A DNA stretch of 64,000 bases from Bacteroidales bacterium (GTDB taxonomy: Bacteria > Bacteroidota > Bacteroidia > Bacteroidales > CAIWKO01): contig DAOORA010000015.1 of NCBI GenBank assembly GCA_035389045.1, forward strand, positions 1 through 64,000, read 5' to 3'. Each line of letters starts with the position of its first letter. Position 1 is the stretch's first letter. The notes under the pieces were generated by a model that saw only the letters and a program-made list of their open reading frames with translations, made no database searches and was not told the origin of the DNA. The position numbers and the translations under genes were made by a program. Positions 59,201-64,000 of this stretch are shown piece by piece.

Positions 59201-62200
59201 TTATCTTATAAGCGTGATGGTTCCGGTCAAATCATATTCCACGTCATCGTTACCGACTGCTTTGATGATAAAATAGTACACTCCGTCGGCGGCATCATTT
59301 CCGCTGTTGGTTTTTCCATCCCATCCCTTACTGACGTCTGTCCATTCAAATATTTTTTTACCCCAGCGGTTGAAAATGGTGGCAGCAAAGGTTCTGATCT
59401 CTCTGGATTCCATGATGAATTCATCGTTATGGCCGTCGTTGTTGGGTGTAAACACATTGGGAATGACAAGTATTGAGGGCTTCTGAACCTCAATTACAAG
59501 TTGGAATGTGTCAACACAAAAGTCTGGTATTCCGGTAGTTACAATAAGGGTGACGGTATACGAACCTATGGTGTCATACACGTGTCCCGGGTTCTGATCG
59601 GAAGAAACATCTCCGTCGCCGAAATCCCAGAACCATGCCACGGCGCCGGATCCGGTGTAGGTGAAACTGACGATAAGCGGGACATTTCCCGACTGTGGAT
59701 TGGCTGTAAAATCGGCGCTTACGGTCACCGATGTTTCCACGGTGGTGGAGGCCGTTTTTGTACAGGAGTTTCCGTCGGTGACGGTCAGGGAATAAGTTCC
59801 TGCGCACAGGTCGGTTAGGGAAGGGAGTGTGTCCTGCGGAGGATTCCATGCATACGAATATGGCCCGTCGCCGCCTGTGACAAACGAACTGACAGCGCCG
59901 TCGCAGCTGTTGGGACAATGTTCATCCTGAGGGGTCAGCATGATGGTCATTTCAGTAGGTTGGTTTATGGTGACATAGGTTGAGTCGCGGCAGGTGTCGT
60001 TGTCGGTGGCCACGAGGTTATATACTCCGGCAGCAAGTCCTGTGAAAGTCTGGGCGCCGCTGACATTGCTGAATGATGCAATGACTGCCCCTGAGCTGTT
60101 TTTGAGATCCAGGCTGTAGGGGGCAGCGCCTCCGCTTGTCGTTACGGTAAATCCTCCGTTGGTCTGTCCGGGACACACATTGACTACATTAGTCATGTTG
60201 AACGTGAAGTGTGGGCAAGCCGAACAGGCAGGCAGTGACGCCGTATCGTATATTATATAAAAATTTCCATTATTATCAATCACCCTCATAGTATCTCCTA
60301 CGGGGGGGGTGACGGTGTTTCCTGTTGCAAAAGCTGTCCATACAGTAATGATAACTCCGTTGCAGATGGGCGGCATACATACTCCCATGTAACAACTGCT
60401 GCAGTCGAGCGAATCGGAACCTGTCTGCCATGTATACGGGGCAAAACCTCCGGAAACGGATAAGTCGCCGTTGGGTTCCTGGCATACGTAAAGAGCCATG
60501 CAGTTGTTTACGGTGATATTTATGGAGCTGCTGCCACAGGGTAAGGTATAAGTAATGGTATGTGTTCCGGGACCAGCTGCTGAGGGATCAAAAACCCCGG
60601 TTACCGGGTCAACTCCCGGCCCGCTCCAGCTTCCGCCGGAGGTTTCAGTAACGAGAGTAACAGCTGCGTCTGTCTGACAGAAGGGCCCCGCAGGGCAAAT
60701 GCTGGTATTACAGCAGATCAAAGCAAACGGGTGACATGCCGACATATTTATAGACTGAATATAACCCGTCCGTGATGAGCTGGAAGAGGTACCGGTGCCG
60801 CCGCAAACAACCACATTACCTCCGGGCGTCACCACTACATCATAAACGGCAAAAGGAAGGTTGGTTTGCGATAATATATTAAGGTTTGCGTCATATTTAA
60901 TGACCCGGTCACCGGAACCCACATAGACATTACCACAGGAATCAACAGCGATGCCGTTGTTTCCGGGTTGATAGAAATTCATCAGCGGGGATACCAGTGT
61001 GGAAATACCTCCCGGTATGGCCGCCGAAGTAATTATTGAGCCGTCAACCAGTGAGCGTTTGTGTATGGTATTTCCGTTCTGGGTATATACGAAGTTATTA
61101 TTTGCCCTGATGGCGCGGATACCCGCATTGCCGTTATTGGGCCTGTAATTTTCAGATTTATAAGCAAAGTTATAATCCGAAATATGTTTAAAAACAGGGC
61201 CGTTAGAGGAGCATAACGACATGTTCTGATTTATAGACCCTACAGAATCAAGGGTGAGAAAATAATATTTGGCATCTCTTGAAGAAGACAGCGCCCTTAC
61301 TTCGTTAGGTTCCGTGATCGGCATACCCATTACCGTATTGGTTCGGGTGGTGGCAACATTAACCAGAGATATGACACTTCCTGTAGTGGTGTTGATATCG
61401 AAAATAACGCCATGGCTATTAGGTATTACGATAGGATCAAGCCGTGTGCCGCCGACTATCAGCTTGGTCTGGTCGCAGTTGAACGATATCATCCAGTATT
61501 CGTCCATCGCTCCGCCGGTGGCGCTCCAAACCATGGAGCCTGCTGAATTCACTTTTTGAATGGCAGCAGTAGAACCGGAAGTGACGTATGAATTTCCGTT
61601 CAGATCGGTGGCCAGCGTGCCCAGCCAGCTGTTGGTAGTATCCCAGGGTGTGCTGTAGGTCCATTGTAAAACACCCGAAGCATTGTATTTCTGCAGTTTC
61701 ATCGGCATATCCCCGCCTATGACGTAAATGTTCCCGGCGGCATCTTTATCCAGTTCCCAGACACAGTTTGAATTGGGAAGCGAAGGTGTTTGCACCCAGG
61801 GATCCACAATGATCTTTTGTGATGGATCATAATTGCCGAGAATAAAACCGACCTCGTTATTATCATATAATTGAAAATGTGATTTTACGGGTTTGCCGTT
61901 TTTTTCATAAAAAGTCAACGGGGCATGGTCGATGATGTCGCCATAAAGTGTTGCGATTTTAAGATTTCCGTTCTCGTCAATAAACATTTTTCTGTCGGAA
62001 GCATATTTCATTTTTACTACAGAGATATCAGCTCCGGGGTGTAATATCAGCGTATATTTTATCCCGGATTCCGGATGAAAGGTATAGGCTACATCAATAC
62101 CGGGGTAAAGGTTTTTATAGGTAATCTTTTTAAACCCTTTGATATTTCTGATATCGTAATAACTTTTCCGGTCTTTGCCCAGCATGGAATAGGTCTGATA

Positions 62201-62584
62201 ATCGGGCATCATTTCTTCAGCAACAATTTCGGGGTTGGGGTTGGCGCCAAGCCACGAAATGCGCACAAAATCACTGACAGTCAGTTTTTTGGGTTTTGTG
62301 GTGTCGCCTTTTTTCCGTTCAGGATTTCTGATTTTGGTGTTCAGGTGGTAGGTGAGGCCTTGTTTGGTAAAATAAACCTGAAAATAGGTATGGTCAATAC
62401 CATACAGAATCTGAGAACCACTTAATTTGTCGCGGTTATCAAATTGTCCTTTATTTTCAAGAAAAACTTTCGGATACGACCAGCTAATAGACCAGTTGCT
62501 TGCTGACTGAGATTTTCCGGTTAAAGAAAACAAGAATAGGATGGAAAAAGTCAGGATGAACGAAAAAAAACTTCTCATATTCAT
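59201..62584 (-). CDS. Paralog of the adjacent large secreted protein, T9SS type B CTD
   Basis: Near-identical N-terminal ~700 aa; PNVFTPNNDGHND...IFNRWG CTD; TAACTTTG promoter element at 62656-62663. Confidence 0.87.
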   Translation of the reverse strand: MNMRSFFSFILTFSILFLFSLTGKSQSASNWSISWSYPKVFLENKGQFDNRDKLSGSQILYGIDHTYFQVYFTKQGLTYHLNTKIRNPERKKGDTTKPKKLTVSDFVRISWLGANPNPEIVAEEMMPDYQTYSMLGKDRKSYYDIRNIKGFKKITYKNLYPGIDVAYTFHPESGIKYTLILHPGADISVVKMKYASDRKMFIDENGNLKIATLYGDIIDHAPLTFYEKNGKPVKSHFQLYDNNEVGFILGNYDPSQKIIVDPWVQTPSLPNSNCVWELDKDAAGNIYVIGGDMPMKLQKYNASGVLQWTYSTPWDTTNSWLGTLATDLNGNSYVTSGSTAAIQKVNSAGSMVWSATGGAMDEYWMISFNCDQTKLIVGGTRLDPIVIPNSHGVIFDINTTTGSVISLVNVATTRTNTVMGMPITEPNEVRALSSSRDAKYYFLTLDSVGSINQNMSLCSSNGPVFKHISDYNFAYKSENYRPNNGNAGIRAIRANNNFVYTQNGNTIHKRSLVDGSIITSAAIPGGISTLVSPLMNFYQPGNNGIAVDSCGNVYVGSGDRVIKYDANLNILSQTNLPFAVYDVVVTPGGNVVVCGGTGTSSSSSRTGYIQSINMSACHPFALICCNTSICPAGPFCQTDAAVTLVTETSGGSWSGPGVDPVTGVFDPSAAGPGTHTITYTLPCGSSSINITVNNCMALYVCQEPNGDLSVSGGFAPYTWQTGSDSLDCSSCYMGVCMPPICNGVIITVWTAFATGNTVTPPVGDTMRVIDNNGNFYIIYDTASLPACSACPHFTFNMTNVVNVCPGQTNGGFTVTTSGGAAPYSLDLKNSSGAVIASFSNVSGAQTFTGLAAGVYNLVATDNDTCRDSTYVTINQPTEMTIMLTPQDEHCPNSCDGAVSSFVTGGDGPYSYAWNPPQDTLPSLTDLCAGTYSLTVTDGNSCTKTASTTVETSVTVSADFTANPQSGNVPLIVSFTYTGSGAVAWFWDFGDGDVSSDQNPGHVYDTIGSYTVTLIVTTGIPDFCVDTFQLVIEVQKPSILVIPNVFTPNNDGHNDEFIMESREIRTFAATIFNRWGKKIFEWTDVSKGWDGKTNSGNDAADGVYYFIIKAVGNDDVEYDLTGTITLIR

Positions 62585-62934
62585 AATTGTATATAAAAAA
62601 TTAAATTATTAAATCAAAGAAAAAATATAACATATCAAACAATTAAAACTACCTACAAAGTTATAAAAATAAATAATTAGTATCCCAAAATAAACCGATA
62701 AAATTTATCTTGACGAAATATGTTTCTGAGTTAGCACACAAAATATATTATTTAAAATACTTGCAATACTTGCTATTACATAAGGGCAACTAATAAGACA
62801 GCCTTTTTTTTAATAAGGTTGTTTAAAATAGAAAAAATCAGCATTGCAGTTGAAATCTATTCTTAAAAATGTACGGGAAGGGAATGGAAGAGTTGAAAAC
62901 ATGTTTTGTAAATACTTGATTTACAAATTTATTG

Positions 62935-63006
62935 CAGCCCCGATGAGAATCGAACTCATGTTCTTAGACTGAGAATCTACTTTCCTGACCACTAGAAGAC
63001 GGGGCC
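62935..63006 (-). tRNA. tRNA-Glu (CTC)
   Basis: Reverse complement gives GGCCCCG/CGGGGCT acceptor, TAGA-TTCTCAG-TCTA anticodon arm, ATGAG-TTCGATT-CTCAT T-arm. Confidence 0.85.
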
Positions 63007-63296
63007 TAATCCGATCAGTGTAAAAACTGCCTCATTATTGAACACAAAATTAATATTTTTTTGTTTTGGACTTATGTAATTCTGAATTTATCATTTGAAA
63101 AAAAACATTCAATTTCTCTGAATATACATATCATAAGCTTTGAAAACATCGTTATTTTATCGTTGTATAAATGTGAATATTAAATTGGGATTTTTGTTTT
63201 ATAAAAAATGGTTTATTGTTTTTAAGGTAAGAGTGATTATTTGAGGTCCGATATTTGTATAAATGCTATCTTTGTCACCAAATAAATTTTTGATTC

Positions 63297-64000
63297 ATGA
63301 AAAAGATAATGTTCGTTGCCTTGTGCCTGGCCTTTTCGTTTAGTCTGAGTGCGCAGGATAAAGAAGATCAGAAAAAGATCACTTATGGCAAGCTTTCACA
63401 GGCCGACAGGCTGGTTGCTGATGTTTTTACCGATATGTGGATCATGAAGGGCGCGGCCAGCGATTCCATTGATACCAAACAGATCAATCGCGGCGCTAAT
63501 GTGTATGTTATGAAAGAGTTTCCTTTTGGTACCAGCAACTTTAGTTTTGCTGTGGGTTTGGGAGTAAGCTGTCATAATATATACAGCGATGCGATGCCCA
63601 TCAAAAACTATACACTTGACTCCCTGGGGGCGAAAGTTTTTGACGGGACCACCGTCTTCAAAAAAATCCCTTCAAAACTGCCTGACGGATCGCAGGACAT
63701 TCATTATAAAAACAATAAATTTACGGTGGTCTATGCCGATATTCCCCTGGAATTCCGTTTTCGCCTGAAAAATAATGCGTTTAAATTTTATCTTGGCGGA
63801 AAGTTTGGACTGATGCTGGGCAATCATACCAAATACAGCGGCGATGATTTTACGGAAGCTTATCCGACACCGACCATTAAGATAAAGGAATATAAGATTG
63901 ACAATGTGAACAAAGTCCGTTACGGCATTACCCTGCGTACGGGTTGGAAATGGATACAGGTCTACGGTTACTATTCCTTATCCCATCTTTTCAAAAAAGA
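63297..64000 (+). CDS. Outer-membrane beta-barrel (porin-family) protein, truncated by the window end
   Basis: Not in the ORF track; MKKIMFVALCLAFSFSLSAQ signal, FSFAVGLG, YADIPLEFRF, RYGITLRTGW; TATCTTTG upstream. Confidence 0.8.
   Translation, partial: MKKIMFVALCLAFSFSLSAQDKEDQKKITYGKLSQADRLVADVFTDMWIMKGAASDSIDTKQINRGANVYVMKEFPFGTSNFSFAVGLGVSCHNIYSDAMPIKNYTLDSLGAKVFDGTTVFKKIPSKLPDGSQDIHYKNNKFTVVYADIPLEFRFRLKNNAFKFYLGGKFGLMLGNHTKYSGDDFTEAYPTPTIKIKEYKIDNVNKVRYGITLRTGWKWIQVYGYYSLSHLFKK

Noticed and set aside
55000..62584. Diversity-generating retroelement TR/VR pair
   Set aside because: No reverse transcriptase, and the differences are not adenine-specific
1..64000. CRISPR array, rRNA, prophage or full-length transposase/integrase
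   Set aside because: No regularly spaced repeats or recognisable hallmark genes were seen

Overview
This 64 kb window is chromosomal DNA from a Bacteroidota (Bacteroidales-like) bacterium, judged by TAnnTTTG -7 promoter elements, T9SS C-terminal domains and conserved Bacteroidota gene order. The left and centre hold housekeeping genes (tgt, rsmA, serS, rpmA, rplU, rpmH, yidC, hisS, dusB). A surface-glycan cluster (YfhO, HisH2/HisF2, flippase, GT2, methyltransferase, WbuX-like amidotransferase) is interleaved with T9SS cargo genes. An ~18 kb accessory block lies between convergent tRNA(CAT) and tRNA-Glu(CTC) genes. The most notable signal is two giant secreted proteases of unrelated classes, a Lys-gingipain-like C25 and a thermolysin-like M4. 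They share a highly similar ~830 aa tail containing dockerin-like and cohesin-like modules plus a T9SS CTD, which suggests a cellulosome-like protease assembly. Other points of interest are an ammonia-lyase with an Ala-Cys-Gly MIO motif, a single-HKD protein with a Cas4/AddB-like Cys pattern, two nested miniature mobile elements and a tandem pair of adhesin-like paralogs with variable loops. All calls come from reading the sequence by eye; no searches were run.
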